Of a stretch of DNA of 32,000 nucleotides, positions 13,537 to 22,897 are shown piece after piece; positions within the stretch are counted from its first letter, which is position 1; each line of letters begins with the position of its first letter. The stretch is from assembly GCA_046881885.1 (NCBI GenBank), contig JBKSMP010000026.1, positions 2,563 to 34,562 on the forward strand, read 5' to 3'. Below the pieces are notes generated by a model. The model was not told where the DNA came from. It was given only the letters and a program-made list of their open reading frames with translations, and did no database searches. The stretch is from Opitutales bacterium. GTDB lineage: Bacteria; Verrucomicrobiota; Verrucomicrobiia; Opitutales; UBA9783. The position numbers and the translations under genes were made by a program.

Positions 13537-15644
13537 GTACTGCAGATTCTATTTTAATCGTCGAAGATGACGTAAATTCTGCTTTTGTCCTAAAAGCTAT
13601 CTTGCAAAAAGCAGGTTATTCTATATTGCCAATTGCTTCTAGTGGCGAGATGGCATTGCAACTAGCAGAAGAACATCATCCTTCGCTTTTATTGATGGAT
13701 ATTACCTTGTCGGGGAGTTTAGACGGAATCGATACCACTCTAAAAATTAAGCAAAAATACGATGTTCCCGTTATTTACTTGACGGGATACACGTCTGAGG
13801 ACGTTATTCGTCGAGCAAAAGCGTCGACCCCATTTGGATTTCTTTTAAAGCCTTATACGGCAAAAATGGTACTCATTACAACCGAAATGGCTTTACATAA
13901 AGCTTCTATTGAACGTGAATCAAAAGATACTAAGAGACGTTTAGCGGTTACCTTGGGAACCTTGCAAAATCCTATTTTTTCAATAAATCCAGAAGGTCTT
14001 ATTACGTATGCAAATCCTGCGGCTCAGCAGTTTTTAGAAAAGCCATTACATGCAATTTTAAATCAATCTTTTGACAAATTATTGCCGCTTTATTGTATGG
14101 AAGATTTGCGGCAATATAATTCTTTTTTAGACTTCCTAGATACCGATTTAGATAAAGTTATTTGTTTTGATAAAAATCAGGAAAAAGTGTACTTATATAT
14201 CCAGGTAAGTGCTTTAAAAGATTTTTATAATAGCATCCAAGGTTATGTAATTTCCTTAAATGATTTTACAGAACGTTTTTTGTTGCGTGCAAAAGAGTCT
14301 ATGTTGGCCTCTGCGCTGACGAGTTCACAAGAAGGTGTTATTGTTACCGAAGTTGATCCCAAGGCATCAGATTACAAGATAAAATATGCAAATCAGAGTT
14401 TGTTGACGCTTTTAAAGACGACGTCAGAAGCCTTAGTTGGACAGTCGTTAACAAAGTTGTTTTGTGAAAATTTTAATGAGACAATTATTCGTGCATTAGC
14501 AGAAAATTGTGCTTATACGGCCGATACCATCGTTTTATGCGAAGACGGAGAGCAAAAATTGACGAACTGGAGCTTGTCTCCATTTTTTGATAATCAACTG
14601 CAATTGCACCATACCGTTATTACCGTAAGGGATGTTACGCAATTGAGGAAAATGGAAGAAAATTTGCGTCAGACTCAAAAAATAGAGGCTGTTGGACGTT
14701 TGGCCAGCGGTATTGCGCACGATTTTAATAACTTATTATCGATTATTAATGGCTGTACGGATCTGGCACTTGCACAAAAATCCTCCAGCGAAAAGATTGA
14801 AGATTATTTGAAAAGCATCCATGAAGCCGGTGAGCGTGGTGCTGTTCTTGTCCAGCAACTCATGTTGTTTAGCCGCAAAAACATAGAAGAAGTTGAGCAA
14901 AAAGATGTTTGTTATCCTACAGATGTTATTCGGAAAACTTTAGCAATGTTGCGGAATTGGTTAGGCAAGGATATTCTTTTGTCTGAAGATATAGAAGCAA
15001 ATTTATGGCCATTAAAATTATCTGAAACACATTTGGATCAAATTTTAGTGAACCTTTGTGTAAATGCAAAAGATGCGATGCCTAATGGTGGAAAAATAGA
15101 GATTATTGCTAAAAATTTCAAAGGATGTCCTCAAGGCTTAATCGAGGGTTCATATATTCAAATTTCTGTCCAAGATCAGGGCGAGGGTATGGATGATGAA
15201 ACTCAAAAGAAAATTTTTGAGCCCTTTTTTACAACAAAACCAATAGGAAAAGGTACTGGATTAGGTTTGGCGAGTGTTTACGGGATTATAAAACGTTATG
15301 ATGGTACCATTGTTGTTGAAAGTACCAAAACGCAAGGATCTGTATTTACTTTTTATCTACCAGCACATATGCCAAAACAAAGTCTTTCTATTCTTAAAAA
15401 GACAAGCATTAGGCGTTGTTATTTAAATCTCGATGAAGCTATTTGTAGGGCCTTAAAACCTTGTTTACGTATAGAGGGTTGGTCTGTTGTAGACACTGTA
15501 AATGAAGAAGAGTCTTGTGTAATCATTTCACATGAACCTTCTGCAGATGTTTATGTTCCAAGAAATTTTACCTCACAATCGATTGTACAGCATCCCTTTG
15601 CAATCACGCAAATCTTAGAAGAAATGCGAAAACGCTTACCATGA
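13533..15644 (+). CDS. hybrid sensor: REC - PAS - PAS - HisKA - HATPase - degenerate C-terminal receiver
   Basis: N-terminal receiver (ILIVEDD, LLLMDITL, LLKPY) and two PAS-like segments. H-box GRLASGIAHDFNNLLSII (His396, 14718-14720), N-box NLCVNAKDAMPNGG, G1 DQGEGMD, F/G2 FEPFFTTKPIGKGTGLGLASVYGI. The last ~90 aa are receiver-shaped, but the phospho-Asp position reads IISHEP. Confidence 0.85.
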   Translation: MSTADSILIVEDDVNSAFVLKAILQKAGYSILPIASSGEMALQLAEEHHPSLLLMDITLSGSLDGIDTTLKIKQKYDVPVIYLTGYTSEDVIRRAKASTPFGFLLKPYTAKMVLITTEMALHKASIERESKDTKRRLAVTLGTLQNPIFSINPEGLITYANPAAQQFLEKPLHAILNQSFDKLLPLYCMEDLRQYNSFLDFLDTDLDKVICFDKNQEKVYLYIQVSALKDFYNSIQGYVISLNDFTERFLLRAKESMLASALTSSQEGVIVTEVDPKASDYKIKYANQSLLTLLKTTSEALVGQSLTKLFCENFNETIIRALAENCAYTADTIVLCEDGEQKLTNWSLSPFFDNQLQLHHTVITVRDVTQLRKMEENLRQTQKIEAVGRLASGIAHDFNNLLSIINGCTDLALAQKSSSEKIEDYLKSIHEAGERGAVLVQQLMLFSRKNIEEVEQKDVCYPTDVIRKTLAMLRNWLGKDILLSEDIEANLWPLKLSETHLDQILVNLCVNAKDAMPNGGKIEIIAKNFKGCPQGLIEGSYIQISVQDQGEGMDDETQKKIFEPFFTTKPIGKGTGLGLASVYGIIKRYDGTIVVESTKTQGSVFTFYLPAHMPKQSLSILKKTSIRRCYLNLDEAICRALKPCLRIEGWSVVDTVNEEESCVIISHEPSADVYVPRNFTSQSIVQHPFAITQILEEMRKRLP

Positions 15645-15671
15645 TTTGCTTATAATTTCTTTTATTTAAGC

Positions 15672-15699
15672 TTGAAATTTCTTTAAAAATAGCCATAAT
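15672..15699 (+). promoter_or_regulatory. possible sigma-70-type promoter for hppA
   Basis: TTGAAA (15672-15677), a 16-nt spacer, then CATAAT (15694-15699), about 45 nt upstream of ATG 15745. This is a motif match only, and such matches are common in AT-rich sequence. Confidence 0.25.
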
Positions 15700-15744
15700 T
15701 TTTAATAAAGAGGTAAATTTGTTTTTTACTGGAAAGGTAATATT

Positions 15745-17925
15745 ATGATGAACGGATTGTTTTGGTTAGCGCCTATTGCAGGCTTAAGTGCCTTAATTTT
15801 TGCTTTCTACTTTTATAAGCAAATGATTGCAGAAAGCGAGGGTAATGAGACGATGCGTACGATTGCTTCGCATGTAAGAGAAGGTGCTATGGCCTATCTT
15901 AAGCAGCAATACAAAGTAGTCGGCATGGTTTTTGTCGTTTTAGCTTTGTTATTAGCGTTTTTAGCTTATGGTTTAGACTTGCAAAATGATTGGGTTCCAT
16001 TTGCCTTTTTAACCAGTGGTTTTTTCTCGGGTTTGGCTGGTTTTTTTGGAATGAAGACGGCAACAGCTGCGTCTTCACGTACTGCAGAAGCCGCTCGTCA
16101 TTCGCTTAATAAAGGTTTGACAGTTGCTTTCCGTAGTGGAGCGGTTATGGGCTTGACGGTTGTTGGCTTGGCTGTAATGGATTATTCTTTCTGGTTTTAT
16201 ATTCTCAATAGCTGCATAAAAGCGGTTTCAGAAGCAGAAAAAATGCTATTGATTACAACAACCATGGTTACATTTGGTATTGGTGCTTCTTTACAAGCTT
16301 TATTTGCTCGTGTAGGTGGTGGTATTTTCACGAAAGCTGCCGACGTTGGAGCAGATTTAGTGGGTAAAGTTGAAGCTGGAATTCCTGAAGATGATCCGCG
16401 TAATCCTGCTACCATTGCAGATAATGTTGGTGATAACGTTGGTGATGTTGCCGGTATGGGAGCTGACCTTTACGAATCTTATTATGGATCGATTTTGGCC
16501 GCAGCTTCTTTGGGGGCATTGGCTTTCTTTAATCAACCTCAATTACAATGGAATGCGGTTTTGGCTCCAGTATTAATGGGGGCACTTGGAATTTTCTTGT
16601 CCTTGGGTGGTATTTTCTTTGTTAAAGTTGGTGGAGATGAATCCGGAAAAGCAATTTTGAAGGCATTAGATCGTGGTATTCATGTCGCAGCAGTTGGCTT
16701 AATCATCTGTTCCTACTTCTTATTAAATTACTTAGGTTTGGGTACTCATGTTTGGGGTGCTCTTGTTTCCGGATTGATAACCGGTATTGTTATCGGTAAA
16801 GGCAGTGAATATTATACCTCTAGCGAGTACAAACCAACACGTCGTATTGCCGAAAAGGCGAGTACGGGGCCTGGACCTGTCATTATTGGTGGCTTAGGTG
16901 AAGGTATGGCATCAACCTTAATTCCTGTTATTGCAGTGGTTATTGGTATGTCTTTGGCATTCGGATTTGCTTCTAAATTCCAAGCTTCTGCCATCAATGA
17001 AGGACTTTACGGTATTGGTTTGGCCGCAGTTGGAATGTTGGCAACTTTAGGTATTACCTTGGCAACCGATGCTTATGGACCAATTGCCGATAATGCTGGT
17101 GGTAATGCTGAAATGAGTGGTTTGCCTGGCGAAGTTCGTCAACGTACGGATGCCTTGGATGCCATTGGAAATACAACTGCAGCAACCGGAAAAGGTTTTG
17201 CTATTGGATCGGCAGCATTAACAGCTTTAGCATTGATCGCATCTTATGTTCAAGAATTGAAGTTAGGTTTAGTTCGTATTGGTAAGGATGTCTTAGAAAT
17301 CAATGGAGAGATGGTTCGTACCTTGGATACTACCTTGGTTCAGTTAATGCATTTCTTTGAAGTACATTTGTTGAATCCGAAAGTTTTGATGGGAATGTTT
17401 ATCGGTGCAATGTTGGCATTCGTTTTCTGTGGAATGGCAATGAATGCAGTTGGTCGTGCCGCTTCTAAGATGGTTGATGAAGTACGTCGTCAGTTCCGTG
17501 AAATTAAAGGTATCCTTACAGGTGAAGCTAAGCCAGATTATTCTCGCTGTGTTCGTATTTCAACGGAATCAGCACAACGTGAAATGCTCTTGCCTGCATT
17601 CATGACCATTGCTTTCCCATTCATTGTTGGTGTATGCTTAGGCGTACCCGGAGTTATTGGTATGTTGGCTGGAACACTATCTTGTGGCTTTGTTCTTGCA
17701 ATTTTCATGGCAAATTCCGGAGGCGCTTGGGACAATGCCAAGAAATATATTGAAGAGGGACATTTCGGCGGAAAAGGTTCGGAAGCACACAAAGCAGCTG
17801 TTATTGGCGATACGGTTGGAGATCCATTCAAAGATACAGCAGGTCCTAGCTTGAATATTTTGTTGAAGTTGATGACAATCGCTTCTATTGTTGGTGCTGG
17901 CGTAACATTAGTTTCTCAATTTTAG
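15745..17925 (+). CDS. hppA: membrane-integral pyrophosphatase (ion-pumping PPase), K+-dependent subtype signature
   Basis: 726-aa polytopic protein with the diagnostic motifs [57 protein letters not shown] and [10 protein letters not shown]...[23 protein letters not shown]. Confidence 0.92.
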   Translation: MMNGLFWLAPIAGLSALIFAFYFYKQMIAESEGNETMRTIASHVREGAMAYLKQQYKVVGMVFVVLALLLAFLAYGLDLQNDWVPFAFLTSGFFSGLAGFFGMKTATAASSRTAEAARHSLNKGLTVAFRSGAVMGLTVVGLAVMDYSFWFYILNSCIKAVSEAEKMLLITTTMVTFGIGASLQALFARVGGGIFTKAADVGADLVGKVEAGIPEDDPRNPATIADNVGDNVGDVAGMGADLYESYYGSILAAASLGALAFFNQPQLQWNAVLAPVLMGALGIFLSLGGIFFVKVGGDESGKAILKALDRGIHVAAVGLIICSYFLLNYLGLGTHVWGALVSGLITGIVIGKGSEYYTSSEYKPTRRIAEKASTGPGPVIIGGLGEGMASTLIPVIAVVIGMSLAFGFASKFQASAINEGLYGIGLAAVGMLATLGITLATDAYGPIADNAGGNAEMSGLPGEVRQRTDALDAIGNTTAATGKGFAIGSAALTALALIASYVQELKLGLVRIGKDVLEINGEMVRTLDTTLVQLMHFFEVHLLNPKVLMGMFIGAMLAFVFCGMAMNAVGRAASKMVDEVRRQFREIKGILTGEAKPDYSRCVRISTESAQREMLLPAFMTIAFPFIVGVCLGVPGVIGMLAGTLSCGFVLAIFMANSGGAWDNAKKYIEEGHFGGKGSEAHKAAVIGDTVGDPFKDTAGPSLNILLKLMTIASIVGAGVTLVSQF

Positions 17926-17931
17926 TATTGC

Positions 17932-17968
17932 CAACGAACATAAAAGTCTTTGATAATTATGTTCGTTG
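17932..17968 (+). other. perfect 12-bp hairpin between the hppA stop and tRNA-Ser
   Basis: CAACGAACATAA (17932-17943) and TTATGTTCGTTG (17957-17968) with a 13-nt loop. No U-tract follows, and the tRNA begins 4 nt later. More likely a processing or stability element than a terminator. Confidence 0.4.
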
Positions 17969-17971
17969 TTA

Positions 17972-18061
17972 GGAGAGATGACAGAGTGGCCGATCGTGCA
18001 GCACTGGAAATGCTGTGTACTCGCAAGGGTACCGAGGGTTCGAATCCCTCTCTCTCCGCCA
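17972..18061 (+). tRNA. tRNA-Ser (anticodon GGA), long variable arm, CCA encoded
   Basis: 90 nt. Acceptor GGAGAGA/TCTCTCC, anticodon arm CAGCA-CTGGAAA-TGCTG, variable arm TGTACTCGCAAGGGTAC, T-arm GAGGG-TTCGAAT-CCCTC, discriminator G, CCA. The tracked ORF at 17969-18217 (-) is an artefact over it. Confidence 0.9.
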
Positions 18062-18088
18062 GTAATTAATCATAAGTATTTCATTGTT

Positions 18089-18116
18089 AAAGGGCAGTAA
18101 TGCCCTTTTTTGTTTT
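18089..18116 (+). terminator. rho-independent terminator after tRNA-Ser
   Basis: AAAGGGCA-GTAA-TGCCCTTT (8-bp stem, GNRA-like loop) followed by TTTGTTTT. It lies between convergent transcription units. Confidence 0.6.
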
Positions 18117-18158
18117 AAAGAAAAACAAAGACAATTTTGGCTAAAAATGCCTATTTTT

Positions 18159-18944
18159 TTAATGATGGCGTTGACGACGCGCTTCGTAGAGGCAGAGTGT
18201 TCCGGAGATATTGGCATTTAACGAGTCTGCAGATTGGCCGTACATCGGAATAACGACTTGGGTAGCGTTTTCGAGCCAAGTTTTAGACAGGCCAAAGGCT
18301 TCACTACCAACACAAATAACAGAGCCTTTTTTCATGTCGCAATCCCAATAAGTAAGATCTGTATGCGGTGTTGTTGCAATCATTTGGAGTCCAGCATTTT
18401 TGAAAAGCTGGAGTAGATTGTCTGAGGTATCCCAATAGATTTTAAGATTAAATACAGCGCCTTGGGAAGCACGAATAACATTGGGGTTAAAAATGTTTAC
18501 AACTGGATTTGCGATAAAGAAGCCATCGACATGAGTGGCTTCAGCGGAACGCATCAATGCACCTAGATTTCCGGGTTTTTCCAAGCCTTCTACCAGAAGA
18601 TAGAGGCCGTTAGGATCAAGTTTACAGTGTGACAAATCGCTAGACCAAGTTTTTGCGATCCCCATCACACCGTCTGGATTTTCGCGGATACTTAATTTTG
18701 CAAAAAGCTCATCCGATAAAATCGTTGCTTGCGAAAAATGAGGACCAAAGCTGCTTGTAATCGTTTCGTTTTTTATGGCGCTTTCGCTGAAAACAAAAGA
18801 AAGAATTGGTAGGTTTGCTTTTAACGCACGACTTAATTCACGTTTCCCTTCAATGATGAATCGTTCGGACTTTTTTCGACCTCTATTGGTGGTTAAAGCC
18901 AATAAATCTTTGTAGTTCGCGTTTGTTTTGCTAGAAATAATCAT
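18159..18944 (-). CDS. SpoU/TrmH-family RNA 2'-O-methyltransferase
   Basis: LVEGLEKPGNLGALMRSAEATHVDG, VICVGSEAFGLS and NANISGTLCLYE match SpoU motifs 1-3. There is an N-terminal substrate-binding-like segment. The start overlaps the tsp stop by 4 nt. Confidence 0.75.
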   Translation of the reverse strand: MIISSKTNANYKDLLALTTNRGRKKSERFIIEGKRELSRALKANLPILSFVFSESAIKNETITSSFGPHFSQATILSDELFAKLSIRENPDGVMGIAKTWSSDLSHCKLDPNGLYLLVEGLEKPGNLGALMRSAEATHVDGFFIANPVVNIFNPNVIRASQGAVFNLKIYWDTSDNLLQLFKNAGLQMIATTPHTDLTYWDCDMKKGSVICVGSEAFGLSKTWLENATQVVIPMYGQSADSLNANISGTLCLYEARRQRHH

Positions 18945-21157
18945 TGTGCAAACAAGCCGTTAGTAGGGTTTATTTTTCCGTAACACCAAAGCTGTGGTGT
19001 TTGTTTTAAGGATAAAGCTTGGATCCAATCAAGCATCAATTGTAAAGCTTCATACTCAAAAATATCAAAACCATCGGGTTTTTTATCTGCAGATTGTTTT
19101 TGTAAATCTTTGAGAAGAATCTTTTTATACATTGGACGCCATGCTTGGAAGGATTTTTCAAGCTCTTTCAATTCTTTTTTAAAAGCACGATCTTCATTGA
19201 TGTTGGCAATACGATCTTTTAGATTAAGCGAAAATTGTGTTTGTTTATATTTCTTGGCGAACCAATAAACTTGCTTTTGATACCAATCGTACATAGGTTG
19301 AGTGTTTTGACGTAAATGTTGATTTTGGACAAGATATTGCAATAATCCAGGCTTGATCCAATAACAAGTGGCGTCTTTTTGAAATGAAGTTTGCATCGGT
19401 TCCATAGAGTCCCAAGGAAGTGAGTTGGGCAAATCCGATTCCCCAATCGGTAGGCAATCATAAATCGATGGCATTGCGATATCAGCACGAACACCACGTT
19501 GTTGCGTCGATAAACCATTTGGCAAATACCATTTTTGAAGGGTAAGTTTAACAGAACCCAAACGTGGAGTAACAGATGACAACATCGTCAACTTGTCCAT
19601 TTCAATAACTGCTTGTACGGTTCCTTTGCCATGTGTCGTACTATCGCCAAAAATAAGCGCACGATTACAGCATTGTAAGGCCCCTACAACAATTTCGGAA
19701 GCAGATGCGCTGAAACGCGACGTTAAAAGCAGAAGCGGACCTTCCCAAATACAACTGTCTTTTGAAGCACTTTGGGAAACACTATTATTCATATGGTCCT
19801 TTACTTGTACGACAGGACATTCGTTAAGAAAAAGACCGGCAAGATTAACCGCTTCTGTAAGTAAACCACCACCATTGCGACGAAGATCCAAAATAAGGCC
19901 TTCTACATGGTATTGTTTTAATTGCTGAATAAGTTTGGCGACATCCTTACTTAAGGTATGGGCTTCGAGGTCTTCTGTATTGTCTGGGCCATAAAACGCA
20001 GGTAAATTTAAGACTGCGATTGAGTGATAATTACCTTCTTGATCGATTAAAGAGTATACTTTTGCGGAAGCTAAATTTTCTTCGAGTTTAATCTCGTCAC
20101 GAATCAATTCAATAACTTTTCGATCGGAAGGTTCTCCATCAACCGGTTGAACAAGTAAGCGTACTTTAGTCCCTTTTGGCCCACGCATCAGCTTTACCGA
20201 ACGTCGCAATTTCATGCCTTGGATGCTTATAAAGTCTTCATCACCTTGAGCTACTGACAAAATTTTATCGCCAGCTTTAAGCAATTGGCAACGTTCTGCA
20301 GGACCACCAGGTAGGAGCTCTTTAATTACACAAGAACCTTTTTCTTCACTGAGATATGCGCCAATACCGACCAAAGAATTTGACAAGCTAATTGCAAAAT
20401 CTTCCATGGAATCAGCCGAAAAAAAGGTAGTATGTGGATCATACATTTGTGTTAAAGCATTACAATAGAGTTCTTGGATATCGACAGCTTCGACGTCGGT
20501 GCATTGCTTATAAAAATTTTGATACCGCTCGCTCAAGGTTTTACGTGCCGTTTTTTCTGCCTTTAAAACCAATTCTTCCGTTAGAACGGTTTCGGTTGTA
20601 GGCTCTTCTAGTTCGATCCCTTCCTCGGTTTGAGGAGAATGAGAAGATAACATTTCATTTAATAGTTCATGAAGTAGGCGCTTTTCCCAAGCTAAATCGA
20701 GACCAATGGTGCTGTTTTCCAATTCGACATGCTTGCGTTCAGTATCGTAAGTTTCGTGAGAGTAAAAGGAAAAAGGCGATTGAAGGCGTTTTTCAATCCA
20801 TTGTGTACGAAATTGAACCATTTCACAATATTTGGCAAAAATATCGAAACCAGGAATAAGGCTGCCTCCATGCCACAGTAGATTAAAAGAAGGTAAGTAT
20901 GTGTTTTTGAAGGCCTCTACTTGATTTTTTGAAAAAAAGAGCTTTTCAGGATCAAGAGCTTTAAAATAATTTTGCAAAATAGCTTCTTCGCCAATATCTT
21001 TTAAATTTTTTTGTAAAAAATGAAGTTGTTCCAATAATTGCACCAAGAAAATGGTTTCTGTGCGCATTGTAGCATTGGCTTCAAGTGTCTTCGCTTGAGC
21101 TGAAATAATGACACCAAAGTAGACTAAAAACGTTTTTAATAGCAGTTTTATATTCAT
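18941..21157 (-). CDS. tsp: tail-specific (C-terminal processing) protease, S41 family, with PDZ domain
   Basis: Signal peptide MNIKLLLKTFLVYFGVIISAQA, PDZ-like segment (LPGGPAERCQLLKAGDKILSV), catalytic Ser region SRFSASASEIVVGALQ and Lys region GDSTTHGKGTVQ. Confidence 0.85.
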   Translation of the reverse strand: MNIKLLLKTFLVYFGVIISAQAKTLEANATMRTETIFLVQLLEQLHFLQKNLKDIGEEAILQNYFKALDPEKLFFSKNQVEAFKNTYLPSFNLLWHGGSLIPGFDIFAKYCEMVQFRTQWIEKRLQSPFSFYSHETYDTERKHVELENSTIGLDLAWEKRLLHELLNEMLSSHSPQTEEGIELEEPTTETVLTEELVLKAEKTARKTLSERYQNFYKQCTDVEAVDIQELYCNALTQMYDPHTTFFSADSMEDFAISLSNSLVGIGAYLSEEKGSCVIKELLPGGPAERCQLLKAGDKILSVAQGDEDFISIQGMKLRRSVKLMRGPKGTKVRLLVQPVDGEPSDRKVIELIRDEIKLEENLASAKVYSLIDQEGNYHSIAVLNLPAFYGPDNTEDLEAHTLSKDVAKLIQQLKQYHVEGLILDLRRNGGGLLTEAVNLAGLFLNECPVVQVKDHMNNSVSQSASKDSCIWEGPLLLLTSRFSASASEIVVGALQCCNRALIFGDSTTHGKGTVQAVIEMDKLTMLSSVTPRLGSVKLTLQKWYLPNGLSTQQRGVRADIAMPSIYDCLPIGESDLPNSLPWDSMEPMQTSFQKDATCYWIKPGLLQYLVQNQHLRQNTQPMYDWYQKQVYWFAKKYKQTQFSLNLKDRIANINEDRAFKKELKELEKSFQAWRPMYKKILLKDLQKQSADKKPDGFDIFEYEALQLMLDWIQALSLKQTPQLWCYGKINPTNGLFAQ

Positions 21158-21969
21158 TTGAGTTTCCTATAATTTTCTAACCATCTTCTTTCCTCAGCAG
21201 AAAGCGCACCAATTCCTTCTTCTTGCAATTTTTTTAATAAACCAAAAGGAACGTCTTGGATGACATTGTCCTGCTCAATATGTACAAAATAACGCGATTT
21301 TTGTGTGGTTTGTTGGGGTTTATTTTTGGGATGGTTCTCGGCATAATTTTGGTATTTAAACCATAAATATCCCATAAGAGCACCTCCTAAATGCGCAGAA
21401 TGTGCTACCAATGTCATGCCTTGAAGTTCAAAAAATAAGCAATTTAAAAGTTCATAACCGATAAAGAAGGTAAGACACCAACGTGCTTTTAAATTGACTG
21501 GAAAAACAAAGAAAAGGAGTATTGATAAGGTTTTTTCAGGGTAGAGAAGGAAAAAATAGGTCCACAAGCAAGCAACCCCTGCAGAAGCTCCAATAAGTAC
21601 ATAATGAGGCTGTTGCAAATGCATAAGAGACCATGCCAGCCCTCCAAAAACAATTCCAGAACTGTATAAAACAAGTAACTGTTTAAGCTTAAGCTCTCCT
21701 TGCAAAAGTAATCGGCTACTGCCATAAAACAAGAGCAAATTGAAGAAAATATGCCAAAAGTCGCTATGTAAAAACGAATAAGTAAATAAGCGCCAAATTT
21801 GCAAGTTTATACAAGAACTTGGTTGTAAACAAAAAAGTGCATCCAACAAGCCACAATTAAACCAAACATGCGTGATTTGCTGAAAAATAAAAACAATGAA
21901 ATAAAACCATAAAATACGATTTATCCACCGCGTTGTTAGTGTTTCCGGCCGGTAAAAAAATCCATTCAT
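21154..21969 (-). CDS. rhomboid-family intramembrane serine protease with a ~70-aa cytoplasmic tail
   Basis: WRLFTYSFLHSDFWHIFFNLL (WR/H/N motif), GASAGV (catalytic GxSxG) and AHLGGALMG (catalytic His). The stop overlaps the tsp start by 4 nt. Confidence 0.8.
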   Translation of the reverse strand: MNGFFYRPETLTTRWINRILWFYFIVFIFQQITHVWFNCGLLDALFCLQPSSCINLQIWRLFTYSFLHSDFWHIFFNLLLFYGSSRLLLQGELKLKQLLVLYSSGIVFGGLAWSLMHLQQPHYVLIGASAGVACLWTYFFLLYPEKTLSILLFFVFPVNLKARWCLTFFIGYELLNCLFFELQGMTLVAHSAHLGGALMGYLWFKYQNYAENHPKNKPQQTTQKSRYFVHIEQDNVIQDVPFGLLKKLQEEGIGALSAEERRWLENYRKLK

Positions 21970-22142
21970 ATGTCTAGTTTCAGAAATTTATTGCCATATC
22001 GCAAGATTTAATGCAATGAAACTTAAAGTTTTCTAGGGTTATGGGTAAATTTTTTGTACAAATTGTCGTTACAATTGTCCAATAACTATTGAATTTAAAG
22101 TAAAATATTGACAAGCCCTAAGATCGCGATGCAATTAAAAGA

Positions 22143-22874
22143 ATGCGTTGGAAATGTGTTTGTGCTTATGAAGGAACCAATTTCTGTGGTTGGCAAAGTC
22201 AACCCAATGGAAATGGTGTTCAGGATCATATAGAAGCACGTTTAGCGGCTGTTTTTAAGCGTTTTGTGCGTATTCATGGTAGTAGCCGAACAGATGCTGG
22301 AGTACATGCACGAGGTCAGGTTTTCCATTTCGATGCAGATTGGTTACATGGTTCAGAAGCGCTTAAGCGTTCTATAAATTCTCAGCTTGATTTATGCATT
22401 CAAGTAAAAAATGTTGTTCAAGTTAATGAACATTTCCACGCCCGGTTTTCAACCAAAGGAAAGCGTTATCATTATTATTTTCAGAAAACGCCAGCGGATC
22501 CGTTTGAATATCGATATGTGTGGCCATTGCTCGCAAAAGATTTTTGTTTAGAACGCATCCAAGAAGTGCTTCCATTGTTTCTAGGTACGCATAATTTCAA
22601 AGGATTTGCAGGAAAAATTCTTTCTGGTGAGAATCCTATTAAAACGGTTCATTCTTTGAAAATCGTAGAAAATGGCGATAAATTCCATCTGGAGATTATC
22701 GGCTCAGGCTATCTGTATCGAATGGTTCGCATGATTGCAGGAGCGCTTGTTATGTGTGCTTACGGCAAAATTAATGCCCATACAATCTTGGATCGCCTCA
22801 ATTTAAATAATCTCCAATTTCCTCTGCTTTGTGCCCCTGCCAAGGGTTTGTTTTTAGAAGAAGTTTATTATTAA
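22143..22874 (+). CDS. truA: tRNA pseudouridine(38-40) synthase
   Basis: YEGTNFCGWQSQPNG and GSSRTDAGVHARGQVFHFD (catalytic Asp motif RTDAGVHA), plus a C-terminal GYLYRMVRMIAG. Confidence 0.9.
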   Translation: MRWKCVCAYEGTNFCGWQSQPNGNGVQDHIEARLAAVFKRFVRIHGSSRTDAGVHARGQVFHFDADWLHGSEALKRSINSQLDLCIQVKNVVQVNEHFHARFSTKGKRYHYYFQKTPADPFEYRYVWPLLAKDFCLERIQEVLPLFLGTHNFKGFAGKILSGENPIKTVHSLKIVENGDKFHLEIIGSGYLYRMVRMIAGALVMCAYGKINAHTILDRLNLNNLQFPLLCAPAKGLFLEEVYY

Positions 22875-22897
22875 ATACTTTTCTTTAACAACAAAGC

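Noticed and set aside
17969-18217. 82-aa reverse-strand ORF
   Set aside because: It spans tRNA-Ser and its terminator, and the sequence is explained by those RNA features.
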